Origin: Octopus bimaculoides
Taxonomy: Eukaryota
Direction: 5' to 3'
DNA length: 64,000 nt
NCBI RefSeq assembly: GCF_001194135.2
Contig: NC_068982.1
Location: 25,425,597 to 25,489,596 of the forward strand
Shown here: positions 40,626 to 54,660 of the stretch, in pieces
Layout: every line of letters begins with the position of its first letter
How positions within the stretch are numbered: position 1 is the first letter of the stretch
Position numbers and translations under genes: made by a program
Notes under the pieces: model-generated
Told to the model about the DNA's origin: nothing
Databases searched by the model: none
Seen by the model: only the letters and a program-made list of their open reading frames with translations

Positions 40626-41299
40626 TTTTTGCGATTTTTACGTATAAATACACATAGTATTTATATTCGCTTTTACACACCTCACAGAAATATACCCCTT
40701 TTCTTTCCAGCACTTTAGCCTTTCAACTCCCTAATATGTGAATTCATTCACCCTTCCTCTCCTAATTCATCTCTGTCTATAATCTGATTTTTTGAATATA
40801 TACGACTTGCTTTTCGATGTGTTTCACTATTCTAATAAACAATACGTTTACATGAGGGGAATTTGTATGGAGAAATTCTTTGAAGTTTTCTTCATAATAA
40901 TTTTCTTACAGCTGTTTTACAATGTAATTTTCCTAATTTAGTTTCAAACGTAATACTACACATTCAGAAGATGGGATAACTAGCTAAAAAGCTTTGTGTT
41001 TCATTGTTAGCTAAACTATGCAGAAAGTTTCAGTTATAGAGGACAGTGCACACTAAGAAAATAACCACTTGACGCAAAGCAGCTGTTACCCAGCAATCTC
41101 CACTGTTATTTTTTCGATTTTCCTCATTTCAGGCTCGTAAGGTATATCTTGACTTCAGTGGAGAATGATACTCTAACGCATAGCGTATTATCTCCATTAG
41201 TAAATCATAATTGGAATTTAGAAGGAACTTAGATGCTTCGATGGTGAAAGATCATAGTGCTAAAAAGGAGCCACGCAAATTTAAGGGCTAACGGACTTC

Positions 41300-42060
41300 A
41301 TTTTTATTGAATTATATTGTTGAGCAAATACTAAATCATCTGCTGGTGCAAGAAATTTCGTAGCAAAAGGTATGTATCCTGATGTGGTTATGATGAAACA
41401 TTTTATCCAACTGCGATCATGTAGTAACAACGTCAGTGGTGTAGAAACCAAAACTTCTACTGCCGAGGGAGGCACATGGGCCGTAGGAATTTGAAGCTAG
41501 TTTAAAAATCGACTTTGAGTGGGTAAGACTGTTTGCTATAGTGAAATAGCCAGCGTTCCAACCGAGAATCGTTCCATTCGGGAGGAGTTTAGATGATCTA
41601 ACTAAAAAAGTAAAGGGCTCCGATTATCACAACTATCTAGTGAAGATGAAACTGGATTGTACTGAAAATTATTACAGCGGAATACTTAAAGTTTGAAAAA
41701 TAAAATCTCCGTATCGTGTCTGAAATTAGGTAAATAATATTTGTAGGTGTTGTTTCACTGAATGAAAACCTTCTGCAGATGAGATGAAGACACTCTTGAT
41801 TAAGATCAATGCACACGCTCATTCAGGTGCTCACCGTTTTATCAATGATGACGAGAAAACAAGGTGTATTTTCTCATCACCTAGTGTTACCTTCACAAAC
41901 CAGGTTATAACTGTATTCTGCAAACGATTATACCATCGATGATATTTGAATAAAGTCTTCATGGTTACAGAAGCGCAAAATTCACGATGGGCACGAATTC
42001 TCAATTAATTACATCAAGAACTATAACTTCAAGTCATGCGGGGACAAAAAACACTCAATG
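41300..42060 (+). mobile_element. pogo/Tigger-family transposase remnant
   Basis: EDETGLY*KLLQRNT at 41642 (first catalytic D motif DETGL.W). Upstream are MYPDV..KHFIQLR (CENP-B-like HTH) and EFEAS; downstream is SADEMKTLLIKI. Confidence 0.6.
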
Positions 42061-42674
42061 AATATAAATAATATAACCTCAAGTCTTCAATAATCAGTAG
42101 TATCAACTACTGAAGAACAGCATTCAAACCAAAGTTTGGGAAAGAAATAAACATCGGGCAAGTCGCATGCATTTAGTAGAGTTAGTTCATAGTGTTCCGA
42201 AAATTCACGTTAGGTCTCCAGTTTGAGGATACCTTACTCCAATTAGTTTCGGACAAAAGTACAACCTACCCCTGTCACCAGAAATAAATGGACAGACATA
42301 TGTTTATATAGTATTTTTTAATCAAAACTTAGCTTTCATAAGTATATTTTAAGCAACCAATCCTATCTGGCAGCGAAAACGTAATTGAGAAATTTACAGT
42401 GCAATAAGGATGCTAATGGTGACATACACTACATCGTGTTAACCAGCGCGTTTTTCTCATCGACTGTGTAAATTGAATAAAAATAAGTAGTTGATATATA
42501 CATGCATGAATAAATATCTATACTACTAGATAGATAGTCAACTATGTCTTTATTAGCATAAAACTTCATAATGTCAGCAACATCGATAAACGGATTAGCC
42601 TATCATGGACTGCAAATAGGTGTAACGCAATTCCTAACACTGACAAAAGATAGGGATCCAAGTAAATTGCCTAA

Positions 42675-42800
42675 ATTCAGCAACTGGTGCATTTTCTGCG
42701 GAAGAAGGAAGTAAGATTTCATATACATCATTAAGCAGTTGCCTGAACATCATACAAATTAAATACCATAAGTATGGCCTGATATCCTGGGTATAAGAAA
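42675..42800 (+). pseudogene. Possible piggyBac transposase core remnant
   Basis: FCGRRK*DFIYII and KYHKYGLISWV resemble F.GR...YI..KP.KYG.K.W. Confidence 0.35.
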
Positions 42801-42933
42801 ATTGTTAATGCTACAAATACAAGCTATAGTGATGAAGTGGATAAAATCATTCATACTGTGTAAAAATACTGCTGGAATATTCATAACATATTTCGAAAAA
42901 TAGAAGCCAAAATGACTAGAGATAATGATATGT

Positions 42934-42974
<41 letters not shown>

Positions 42975-44228
42975 ATTTAAGTATTATAGTTTCCTACAAG
43001 TATTTAACATGATGGTAAATATTGGTGAAAATAAAAACAACTCTGCCGAAATCATGAGAAATCGGTTTTTACTCAAAGTGGGCTAGATCTTTACATGCCT
43101 TCCTATAATTATCAGATTACTTGGATACATTGCACACCACCTCAGTCTTGAAATGCTGAGTTTTCCAAAACCAGGAAGGACACGCTTAATCAGGAGATTT
43201 CAGTTACAAGCCATCAAAGACTGGAAATATGGAAAGTATTCAAGTAGATTTTCGTACAATAGCGGCATACATACGCATGTAGGAGCACGAGGACAGGATT
43301 ATGCACAAAAACAGTTTTAAAAAGTCAAGCCATAAAATTTCACATATGAATGAACAGTCATGCTTTTGTTACTTATAGAGTATGCACATGCTTCAGCATG
43401 ACCGCAGCTACATGGCTGAAACGAATAAAAGAATAGTATATCATTTCATTTGGAGTTTGTTTTAAGATCGTCCACGGCTACCGGCAATAAAATGCAAGTA
43501 GAAAATTGATGTTATATCTGAAAATCCGTAAATAATCGTAGTGTCTATACCGTTATGAACAAGGAGAACGCGTGAGCAATTCGCTTTATTACATAGTTTT
43601 ACAATTATTACCGAAACAAAGAACATTGACTCGTCAATTTTATGTATAAAATCCATTTGGTGGATGAAGTTTTTCAAGAATATATATACCTTACGTCCAG
43701 TATATTCTTATCACTTCTCTTGTGTATCTTAATTAAAGCAAAATAATAAAAAGCAAGTATATTATAAATCACAAACTCAAATTAGAAGGTGAAAAATAGG
43801 GTGAATCAATGTGAACAAATGTAATACGGAAAAACTAATTGAAAGATCCGAAGCAATGTATTGTTATACATTATATGCAATAATAACAACAATAATAGGG
43901 CATTGCTATTCTGACAAAAGATCGATGAAGCAATTGTAAAATTATATAATAAAACAAATAGTTCACTCCATTCTATTTGTTGATAATTGTACATACATAC
44001 ACACGCACACAAATATATATATATATGAAGTAGAGAAACTTGAAAAGACAACACGAAACCGGTTATTTCTCCAAATACAATGTTTATATATTAAAAAAAT
44101 TTTATAACATTTTTCTGACATATTTTAAATATATACTTTAACCACGTAACACAAGCCTTCTGTAGTTTTTTCACTCTTGTTTATCTTTTATACATCCAAC
44201 CACGTGCTTTCACATACCAATTTTCTCA

Positions 44229-44302
<74 letters not shown>

Positions 44303-44480
44303 NNNNNNNNNNNNNNNNNNNNNNNNNNNNNNNNNNNNNNNNNNNNNNNNNNNNNNNNNNNNNNNNNNNNNNNNNNNNNNNNNNNNNNNNNNNNNNNNNN
44401 NNNNNNNNNNNNNNNNNNNNNNNNNNNNNNNNNNNNNNNNNNNNNNNNNNNNNNNNNNNNNNNNNNNNNNNNNNNNNNNN

Positions 44481-44811
44481 CGTACAAGCTCCATTTATTC
44501 ATGTCGTGAGAACACCACAGAATGTACAATGAAAATGTACTCCTCAGCTACATAATGGAATTTCATTTTAGAAAGTCATTTTGAGGATGTTTGCAAAAAA
44601 CAAGAGTAAGAAAAGAAAACATATCATCTCGACTATGCTGTTGTTCCACAGCAGCATAGTCGAGATGATATGTTTTCTTCTCTTACTCTTGTTTTTTGCA
44701 AACATCCTCAAAATGACTTTCTAAAATGAAATTCCATTATGTAGCTGAGGAGTACATTTTCATTGTACATTCTGTGGTGTTCTCACGACATGAATAAATG
44801 GAGCTTGTACG
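44481..44811. repeat. Long near-perfect inverted repeat (160-bp arms, 11-nt spacer)
   Basis: Arms 44481-44640 and 44652-44811 are reverse complements with one substitution. The left arm begins at a gap edge. Confidence 0.95.
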
Positions 44812-44869
44812 AAACGTACGTACTGCTATAACCTATTGAATTTTTGTTGCTTATCTTCAAATATATATA

Positions 44870-44900
<31 letters not shown>

Positions 44901-45639
44901 GTGTATGTATGTATGTATGTATATATACATATATATGTAGGTATGTACATATATGCATGTATGTATGCATACATAAATTCATACTTGACGACGTCATTGA
45001 TGTTGTCAAAATTCCAATGGATGACTAAATGGTTAACGTTATAGCTTTTTTAACAGTTCTTCGTGTAACTCCAGCTTCATAAACCATTTTCTTTCGTTAT
45101 TCAAATGACATTGATCAAATAATTACCCTTTATATGCTTAGGTGTTCTCTCCCATAATTACCCTGTCCATAATATAAGATTATCTATCATCAAACACACT
45201 GTGTTATATAATAGATTCACCATATTCTTCTAGAAATAAACTCAGAGCTTAGGGGATGATGAACAAACCACTGAATATTGATTGTTCCTCAAAAGAAATG
45301 GGGAAAAAATATAATTCTAGCTTTTAGTAAGCTCATTGATAAATCCAATTCTTTTGAGGCAATTTGAATGTCGTTACAACGTCATAAAATACATGTATGA
45401 CTGAATCGAAGTATTTCTGCTTTTTATGTCAGATCATAATATGATCTTATAATAACACGACTAGCACGAACATCTGTCAATTAGTTTTCTTGAATAGCTA
45501 TTGAAGAAGATACCCCAGTTGAAAGGAAACGTTACAGGAAGAAGGATACAGTTTTCTATTCAGTAATACATTTCGAAAACAGAAGAGTGATAAGCATCAC
45601 TGAGCATGGAATTAGTTGTATGCAGTTTCCATATTCAAC

Positions 45640-46005
45640 AGGCGCTGGAATAGCTGTGTGGTAAGACGTTTGCTTTCCAACAATATATTTTTGGTATCAG
45701 ACCCATTGTGAGATACCGCAGATAAAATCTACTATAGCCCTGAGCTGACCAACAATTTGTAAGTGGGTTTGTTAGACAGAAATTAAATGAAGACCATCAT
45801 ATATATACACATATATATATATATGTGTGTGTATGTCTTTACGTTTCTTTACGTCACCGTAACTTCACAGTTTGAAGAAAGAAACCAATAGAATGAGGAC
45901 CAAACTTTAAAGACAAGTTCTGGTGTCCATTTGTTCAACTAAACCCTTCAATACGTGGCCCCAGCATGGCCGCATTTCAATGACTAAAAATAAGTGAAAG
46001 AAAAA
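45640..46005 (+). mobile_element. tRNA-derived SINE family B, near full length, with internal TA/TG tract
   Basis: Head aggcgctggaatagctgtgtggtaag and tail ccccagcatggccgcatttcaatgact. Colinear with the reverse complement of 60345-60774. Confidence 0.7.
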
Positions 46006-46869
46006 TACATATTACTGGAATCATAGATAAGTCTGTCCGCTGCAAATATATGTTTCTTGGTTTCTTTTTATAATTTTAAATTATACCTAATAAATATAGT
46101 CGATTTCTAAAACTAAAAACAAAAAAAGAAAAAGAAAAGAAAAACCTGCTACCTGCGCTATACATATGAATGATATTCTGAAAACTTGATGTCAGCCTTT
46201 CAAAAAAACCGTTCACTTTTCTACGGAACATAACACGGTGAGGTGACAGAAATCATTATTGGAATGATAACCCTTGAAGAAACATATTCTCCCATGGCTC
46301 GTCTCAATTCAGAAGTAGTCGGAGTAATGCTTACTTTAATACCCACTCTGATTCCAATTGGAAATTGGAAATTGCCTTACTAGTTAACATATTGGAAAAT
46401 TTCATGCCCCGAGATCTTGGCTTCATGAACTAAGCCAGTTGCACTTTCCTTTTCACTCAACATCTACAAGCACTGCTCGTTCAAACGCAATGTGAATAAT
46501 GTTATCTGTAACCTGGATATGGGAATAATTTTTCTACTGTCTAAATTATCTCATACCTTTAAACATGCATGCACTCATACACACACAGACACAAAAGCAG
46601 ACGTATTCATACATATACACACACATGTGTGTGTGTGTGTTGAGTATATGTGTGTGTTGTGTGTGTGTGCATGTGTGTGCATGTGTGCGCGTGTGTGTGC
46701 ATGTGTGCGTGTGTGTGCATGTGTATGTATCTGCATGAGTGTGTGTGTACATATATACATATGTATATGAACGCACACGTATATATATGGATGTCATTAT
46801 TCAGTTTTATTCCAAGATTTCTTGCCAATAGAGAAAGAGTCAGTTTCTAATATAGATCCAAGGCTCCAG

Positions 46870-47095
46870 TATGTGTGTGTATATGTTTGGTCCCCGCCAC
46901 AGTGTCAGAAGCGGTATTGGTGTGTTTATGTCCCTGTAACGTAGGGTTTCGACAAAAGAAAATGATAAGTTATGTACCAGGCTTAAAATTATAAGTATTG
47001 GGGTAGGTTCATTTGCTTAAAAACCTTTCAATGTGGTGCCCCAGTATGGCTGCAGTCTATTCAAACAAATAGCAGCAGTCGATTGAAACAAGTTT
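46870..47095 (+). mobile_element. SINE family B, 3' half
   Basis: ggtgtgtttatgtccctgtaac...ggtgccccagtatggctgcagtc matches the family B tail. Confidence 0.65.
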
Positions 47096-49699
47096 AAAAA
47101 ATTAGGAGTAAATTTCTTGCGTTATTTCAGCAATTTTATCGGTTCATGACTAGTCATATAAATAATTAGTTTCAGTTTAAGTTAGATATAAATAGAAAGT
47201 AAAATTTGACCCCTAGAATATCAAAAGTAGTATTTTTATATATTCCGCACAAATGAAAGAAAAAATAGTTCGAATCCCAAGGTTTAACCCCAAGAAAGTA
47301 TAGCTATATAGTAGCTATATATAGTTCTGTTATATTTACGTTTTCCTCAGTCAGCCTCTTTGAGATCACAACCATGTCTGGGATGCCTTCAGCGAAATCC
47401 ACTGTTTTGAAACTTTATAGACGTCTCGAATCTGATGATAATTTTGATATCTTTATCCATTACTTCTGTATGTGAAATGCGGTCGATTTTCCTCACGCCC
47501 TCTAACATTCTCGGATGAACAGAAAAAAAATTGCGTTCCTCTTTTTAATCTAAATTCATAATAATAAAACACGAAGCACAGGTGTATCTGTGTGTTTAAG
47601 AAGTTCGCTTTGGAACGGATCGGTATTGATGTCCGTCCCATTGCTCGGTATCTTGTGCAATGTCTTGTACAATAATCTTGGGCCAGGAAATATTTGTGAA
47701 CAGGTTTGATAGCCGGAAATTGTACGGAAACTCGCGTTTACTATGTGTGTGTTTTGTTGCGCTTTGTCTCTCGATATTGGCTTGTCTGCATCCCCGAAAA
47801 TTAATGATTCAATAAAGACAGAATGTTACAATAATTACCAGACTTTAAAATAATCACTGTAATCGATCTTATGGGCTAGAAATATTAAGGTGCTACACCA
47901 GCAGAGTAGTAGTCTTAAGGCTGAGACAAGTAACATTAGAAAATATAATGCCTTGATATTTCTGATTTATTAAACATTGAACATACTTCTAAAATAACGT
48001 AAATCTACAGTTATTAGAAAAAAGAATAAGTTTTCAAAATGTAAAGTCACGTGAACTCAACAAAATGAAAGTTCGACAAACTTCCAAATCTCAAGTGAGT
48101 AATACAAATCGGTGCCAAGAAACACTATTGCTTTAATAAGAGACGGAGAGAAGCCAATTAGAATCTCATTGATATGATATATATATAGGCTGCTTATCTA
48201 TTCTTCGTTTTCTTTCGCTTTTTGTTTTTGTTTCCTTTTTTTGCTTTCTTCCTCTTTAACTGACAGCATTGATAGGACTATCAAATAATCCGGTTCAAAA
48301 ATAATCACGTGAACAATATCTACAGAATCTTCTACTGCCTCAGATTTATTTCCTTTATTTTCACAATCACAGTAAAAATAATATTTTGTTGTACAGAATA
48401 CATTGAATGAATCTGCGTTCTTGTCTATTGAATATAAGCTTTAGCAAACGACTCCAAGAGAGGATTTACTCCAGTGACTTAGAAGTAAGTTGTCTGCATT
48501 ATTTCTTGTTTCATTACATTTCCTGATTTATTTTACACAATAGTACATTTAATATGATTTCATTAGTTGTATTGTTCAGATTATTCAATAATGAAAATAA
48601 TATTTAATTAAAATTATCACAAACGGTTATTTAATTAATACATTTGTTTACGACAAAAACAGCTTTCATAAACAAATCTACATTAGAAATTTCTATATTA
48701 GTTTGTTTATTGATTTAGTTTTCGAGTAAATATAAATAAAACATCCAAATTTCAGGAAAATTGTTCATTTGCTTTCTGAAAAATATCGTTTTGGTCCTGA
48801 TTCTGTGTTCTTCTATAGGTCATAAATAATTCAATATGAGTTTTGAAATTATAAAATAACTGTACTGACTAATTTAATTTTATTCATATATTTTAAGTTT
48901 TGTAATGTTATAAGCTAAACTATTTTCAAATAAATAGATAAACGCACTTATACACACAAGCATGCATATATATNNNNNNNNNNNNNNNNNNNNNNNNNNN
49001 NNNNNNNNNNNNNNNNNNNNNNNNNNNNNNNNNNNNNNNNNNNNNNNNNNNNNNNNNNNNNNNNNNNNNNNNNNNNNNNNNNNNNNNNNNNNNNNNNNNN
49101 NNNNNNNNNNNNNNNNNNNNNNNNNNNNNNNNNNNNNNNNNNNNNNNNNNNNNNNNNNNNNNNNNNNNNNNNNNNNNNNNNNNNNNNNNNNNNNNNNNNN
49201 NNNNNNNNNNNNNNNNNNNNNNNNNNNNNNNNNNNNNNNNNNNNNNNNNNNNNNNNNNNNNNNNNNNNNNNNNNNNNNNNNNNNNNNNNNNNNNNNNNNN
49301 NNNNNNNNNNNNNNNNNNNNNNNNNNNNNNNNNNNNNNNNNNNNNNNNNNNNNNNNNNNNNNNNNNNNNNNNNNNNNNNNNNNNNNNNNNNNNNNNNNNN
49401 NNNNNNNNNNNNNNNNNNNNNNNNNNNNNNNNNNNNNNNNNNNNNNNNNNNNNNNNNNNNNNNNNNNNNNNNNNNNNNNNNNNNNNNNNNNNNNNNNNNN
49501 NNNNNNNNNNNNNNNNNNNNNNNNNNNNNNNNNNNNNNNNNNNNNNNNNNNNNNNNNNNNNNNNNNNNNNNNNNNNNNNNNNNNNNNNNNNNNNNNNNNN
49601 NNNNNNNNNNNNNNNNNNNNNNNNNNNNNNNNNNNNNNNNNNNNNNNNNNNNNNNNNNNNNNNNNNNNNNNNNNNNNNNNNNNNNNNNNNNNNNNNNNN

Positions 49700-49775
<76 letters not shown>

Positions 49776-51098
49776 TGTGTGCGCGCGTGCGTATGTGCAT
49801 GTATATATATATCAGTATACACAAGTTCTGAGGAAATTTACGGAAGTCTATTCAGCATGTCATGTGTTTCTTTGTCAAAAATACAAGAATAATTTAATGA
49901 AGGATGATTAAAAAGTATGACGTTTTGAGATAATTAATAATAAGTAGAACAGAATTAGAATTAAATTTTTTTTTTTTTATTATTTCAAATATTTAAGCGA
50001 AAAGTGTACAAGAAATTTTCTTACAGACTTGTTGGTGACCTGTTATTCATTTTTTGCTATATCCATTATATTCTATGGGTTGAGAGCCAGTTGGATGATA
50101 GTAGTCATACTAGTAATTTTAGAATATACTCAAAATAATCTAGTCTACACAAAAAAGATTGAGAATCAGATGTACTGATATTTATGGTCATAAATCTCAA
50201 ATACCTTCAAATTTTGAGGAAATTCTAATAGAAATTTATCATTTTGCTTTATTGTTGTATTATTAACTGAGTGTAAGACAGGCCTATTGTAGATAAAATT
50301 ATTATAAAATCTGTTGCATATAGTTGTTGAAGAATTCTAATTGACTCTACAACTGAATTGCTTGTTGTTCTATAAATTTAAATGTAAAACACAATATGAT
50401 TTCACAAATTAAAAAACAATAATGGTGCATTTATATGTTAAATATATACAGTGATCTGATGAGCCCACTTAAATAATGTACAAGGTTGTGCTAAAAGTGA
50501 CCTTTTTGATATTAGAAAGTTATACAAAGTTTTAAAGAAAAGAGTAATTATACAGAATCTATAGAGTTTTACGTTATATCATTCTTATATAATATTCTCT
50601 GTATATTTCTTACAAAAAGTATTTGTCCGCCGAGGAATCATCTATTAAATAATATACATGACGAGTTATAAATGACGGTCAATTCATAATTTTCTTAAGT
50701 AAATCTATCAATAACGAACCTGTAATGACTACTGGAAACAGTTGTAAGTCAACTTTATTGCAATAAAGAAGAATATACAATGACCATTATTTATGCATTG
50801 TCTTGTATATCACCTTGAGTAAAACCCAGTATAACTGGAGCACAGGTTTACAATATGGAATGGTGATGAAGTATAATCTAGGAGCTTGCCACAAGTATAT
50901 GCAGAGTTCTTTACAAATCTAAAAAAATATTGCTAGCCTAGTGTACTAACAGAAGCTTATAGAATATTTTGTCTGCATTGGTTATCCCTCTATAATAACG
51001 TTGATTAAATATCATATATATATAATTATATCTGTGTATGTGTGAGTGTGTCTGTGTCTGTATGTTTGTGTGTGTATTCATGTATGTATGTATGTCTT

Positions 51099-51629
51099 CA
51101 GTGTGTCCCAGAATTAACTATCTATTTCAATGAAATCAGGAAAATTTCAAAAAAAGAACTGACAGAATTTTATGCTTATTACTTAATTATATCAAAAGAA
51201 ATCAATTTATAAATCTTACGTTAAAACTTAATTGTAAATTTTCAACATGTGCTCGATCTGTACCCTGCAAATTTCAAATCTATCCTTAGCGTTGCGAAAC
51301 ACATTTCAGGCGTTGTCATCTGCACTGCTAACTTAATGCGTGTTTTAAGGTCAGTTTAACTATTACTCCATCCCGAGAATGGAAGAAGAGAAAATGATTG
51401 CATCCACATTGAAAAAACGCTGTGGTGAACAGATAAGGTAGATCCAACAGGAATGAAAAAAAGATCATTAAAAATATCTAAAGATTATAAAATTATAAGC
51501 AAAATTAAATAAAAACGTATGCACTTTTAACGCATATCAAATTTGATAAATAAATAAATAAATAAAAGTGAATTTTAAAAAATATTGTCCGATTTCATTT
51601 AATTACATTGTTAATTCTGGGACACCCTG
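51099..51629 (-). mobile_element. Non-autonomous Tc1/mariner-superfamily (maT/rosa-like) deletion derivative
   Basis: TIRs CAGTGTGTCCCAGAATTAAC and GTTAATTCTGGGACACCCTG followed by TA. The internal minus-strand remnant reads DLKTRIKLAVQMTTPEMC...RLEICRV..EHVE-like. Confidence 0.75.
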
Positions 51630-51704
<75 letters not shown>

Positions 51705-52044
51705 AAATCGTTATTCTGCTAACAACATAATAGAGTACAATATAAAGTTTTACCCTGTGCTATCCAGTAGTAGTATTATACGTACTTCCAGGTTTGCTTT
51801 GGGCATTTGTTGTGTGGGAATAGATAATTGAAAAAATTGGAGTCAACGAGGAGTACGATTGGACATTTATTTTTTAATCGCTGCAATTGTTTCCACGCAA
51901 CGCAGTTCACGAAGCATGCAAGTACTTGTTTATACCACTGATTCCTTGCATTATGAGATCTAGTTCTGTTTCCTCAGTCGATTTGTAAATATTGTCTCCG
52001 TAAGTTCAAAATCCTCGGTTTCAACAACATCTCTGTCTGTCGTG

Positions 52045-53499
52045 TAATGTGTAATTAATTCAAATGAGTAAAATTTGTCGGCAAAATAAGTTTAAGACCG
52101 TACCAACATTATTTTGTTTGAATTGAGAATTCACGGCACAAATGATCAATGAACAAAAATTTATTAGTCGTATTTAGTTTCATAGCTATTATTTTCAATT
52201 ACAGCCTTACAACGGCAGGATATGGAGTTCGACAAATGAGCACAGAAATCACCTGAAATGTTCTGCTATTTTTCTGCGATAAAATTATATAACTGGGACA
52301 AATTTGTTAGTTTTTTAGTATGAACTCTTTTTGAAACATAATTCCATAAATTTTGTATCGGATTCAAATCCGGGCTCTGCGGAGGCCACTCAATAACCAC
52401 CAAATTATTGCGCTAAAAATATTTCAAAACTTGCCTAGTCTTATGAAAAAGGCAATTGTCCTGCTGGAAAATAGATCCCGATGGCATCTGATTTTTTACA
52501 TATGGCAGCACATTTTCATATACTAATTGCAGATAGCCTACATTGTTCACTCTGCCATCAACCGTAACAACTGGACCCGTACCTAAGCTGCTGAACGCGG
52601 CCCACGGCATAACCCCTCACCTGCCGCTTGCGCTGTTTTCTTGACACTTAGAATGGAATTCTTAAGTTGGACGGCGCCTAACATAAATCTTTCCGTCTAA
52701 TTCAAAGATGCAGAAGTGGGATTCGTCGCTCCAAAGTACTTTTGACCAGTTTTCAGCTGCTCATTCAGTATGACTTTTAGCTAACTTGATCCCCTTCCAC
52801 CGGTTCGTCTCAGAAATTATCAGCTTCTCTCGAGCGATACGGCTGAACAGTCCACATTCTTTTAGGGGGTTTCTGACAGTTTGTGGTGTAAAACTGTTGT
52901 CAGTTTCATGAGATAATTGCTTGCAAATGTCCACTGCTGTTAGCATTCGGTTACCCTCAGAGAGTCTATGAATTCGCCGATCCATCTGTACTGTTGTTTT
53001 TCTCGGAGCGCCTGTTCTTTGTCGATATTTGTATTGACCAGTGACTTGATAAAGCTTCCCTACTTGAACCCAAGGCGTCTTGCTGTATCCTAATTGCTTG
53101 CTCATGAAGGACACATTTTGCTGTTGAAGCAATGCGATCTTTAATCTAGTAACTGGGCTGATACCAGACGCTTTTCCATAGCGAATTAATGTGTAACTGC
53201 TCGATTATTAAATAAAACAATGCAGTACGACAAGCCATATGACCACACATTTGGCTTATCAATTTGCATAATCTTGGTATGGTCTTAAACTAATTTTGCC
53301 GACAATTTCTAATCATTTGAATTAATTTCACATTAAAGTTATTCGAATTGTAGAAAGATATATAACGCCTATATCATTCGAAAGAGAAAAAATTCTACAT
53401 AAATTGGAAAATATAAAATAATTTTTACAGTTTTGTTAAAAATATATTAATGGAGGAATAGAACTGACATCATCGGTCTTAAACTTATTTTGGACAGTG
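52045..53499 (-). mobile_element. Tc1-family transposon remnant with IR/DR-type ends
   Basis: The transposase pseudogene reads RTGAPRKTTVQMDRRI, KVLWSDESHF and WAAFSSLGTGP...IFQQDNCLFHK. Inverted repeats lie at 52045-52105 and 53275-53335, and the outer terminus ggtcttaaacttattttggacagtg-TA lies at 53475-53501. Confidence 0.92.
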
Positions 53500-53871
53500 T
53501 AGCTCGAAAGCACAAATTACTTTGCCATATTATTATATTCAGTGGATACACATCTTCATTTATTTGTAATTTACAACATTTGATGAAGTTGTTTATATAA
53601 TTTTTTTCTTTTTGTATCAAGTTGTTTCTTATTTTGCTGCTCATTTACATGTTCAAGTGTATTATGTGCTACAGAAAATACATGCAACTTACCCATTGCA
53701 GACTTACAAGGGCACACTACACGTAAGAATACCGACTTTTTATGATGTGTTTTATTTACTTCTGTTGATAGATATCCATGTTTGACATGCTTTACCTTCG
53801 TATACGTGAGTCCTTCTGTGCGTGCGTTTGTACACATATTATGTGTGAGTACATTATCTGCAGCTCTACGT

Positions 53872-53908
<37 letters not shown>

Positions 53909-54379
53909 ACTTTTTATATGTATGTATACATATGAAAAGTTATTTAAGTGAAATAACAACTGACAATTAGCTTAGAAGCTAATTTTTTAAATCGTGAATA
54001 TTTTTTTATACACCAGAATGCATAATTCCAATCAAAAAGCTTTTATCCTAATATTGTGTGAGAGTTGTTTTTCAATCATAATTTAATTTTTGTAATATTC
54101 ATTTTCGTTCTTGTAAGTGTTACTTAAATCACAAACATAGATTTATATTTCAAAAAAAAAAATATGACAAAAGGAAAACGTTCATAGCGTGGTAGAGTCT
54201 CCTGAACAAACGTGACATATAAGATATATGTTATTCTTGTTCCTTTTGAAGATTTGCTTAACATTTATGAGCAGGGATGAAATTGTCGGGAGAAATGAGA
54301 AGGAAAGACTGGACATAGTTTCTATTGTGGTGATTCATGAATTAGACATCATGAGCGATAAGAGAATAAGAGTTAAATG

Positions 54380-54660
54380 AGAATGTATAAGTGGGTTAGC
54401 ATTATCTGACAGCGTCGCAGAAGAGAAAGGCTCATTAAAGTAGTGGTAAAAAATAGAAAGAAGATGCGTTTCACCAGTAAACTAAAGGTTGGAGCGTATC
54501 TGAGATTTACTTTAGGTAGTCAGCGCTTTTATGGATGTGGTCTAGGATATCTCGGTTTGTAGCAGCTGTACCGTCCAGGTTTCAGATATTACTCTACTGT
54601 AGCCCTCGCCTGAGCATTGGGTAGTATCAATAGTTATTGGGATCTGATGTATCTCCTGAT
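54380..54660 (-). mobile_element. Possible CR1/L2-group LINE remnant
   Basis: The minus strand gives GDTSDPNNY (RT-proximal KGD.S.P.NYRP motif) and a later LFFYHYFNE-like segment. Confidence 0.35.

Noticed and set aside
43462-43677. ORF containing IDESM, similar to piggyBac or Merlin first-Asp motifs
   Set aside because: The following conserved residues (F.GR or K.KY.RG) are absent; a 5-residue match is insufficient.
7521-49831. Long ORFs in the track (e.g. 7521-8081, 10669-11254, 18285-18980, 48880-49831, and poly-residue ORFs at 22599-23093 and 24647-25198)
   Set aside because: They consist of N-runs and microsatellite translations (poly-X, YIYI, HTHT, SLSL, poly-E/K/S).
53670-53730. Strong donor-like GG|GTAAGT on the minus strand with a possible micro-exon
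   Set aside because: Isolated splice-like motifs are expected by chance in 64 kb, and there is no coding support.
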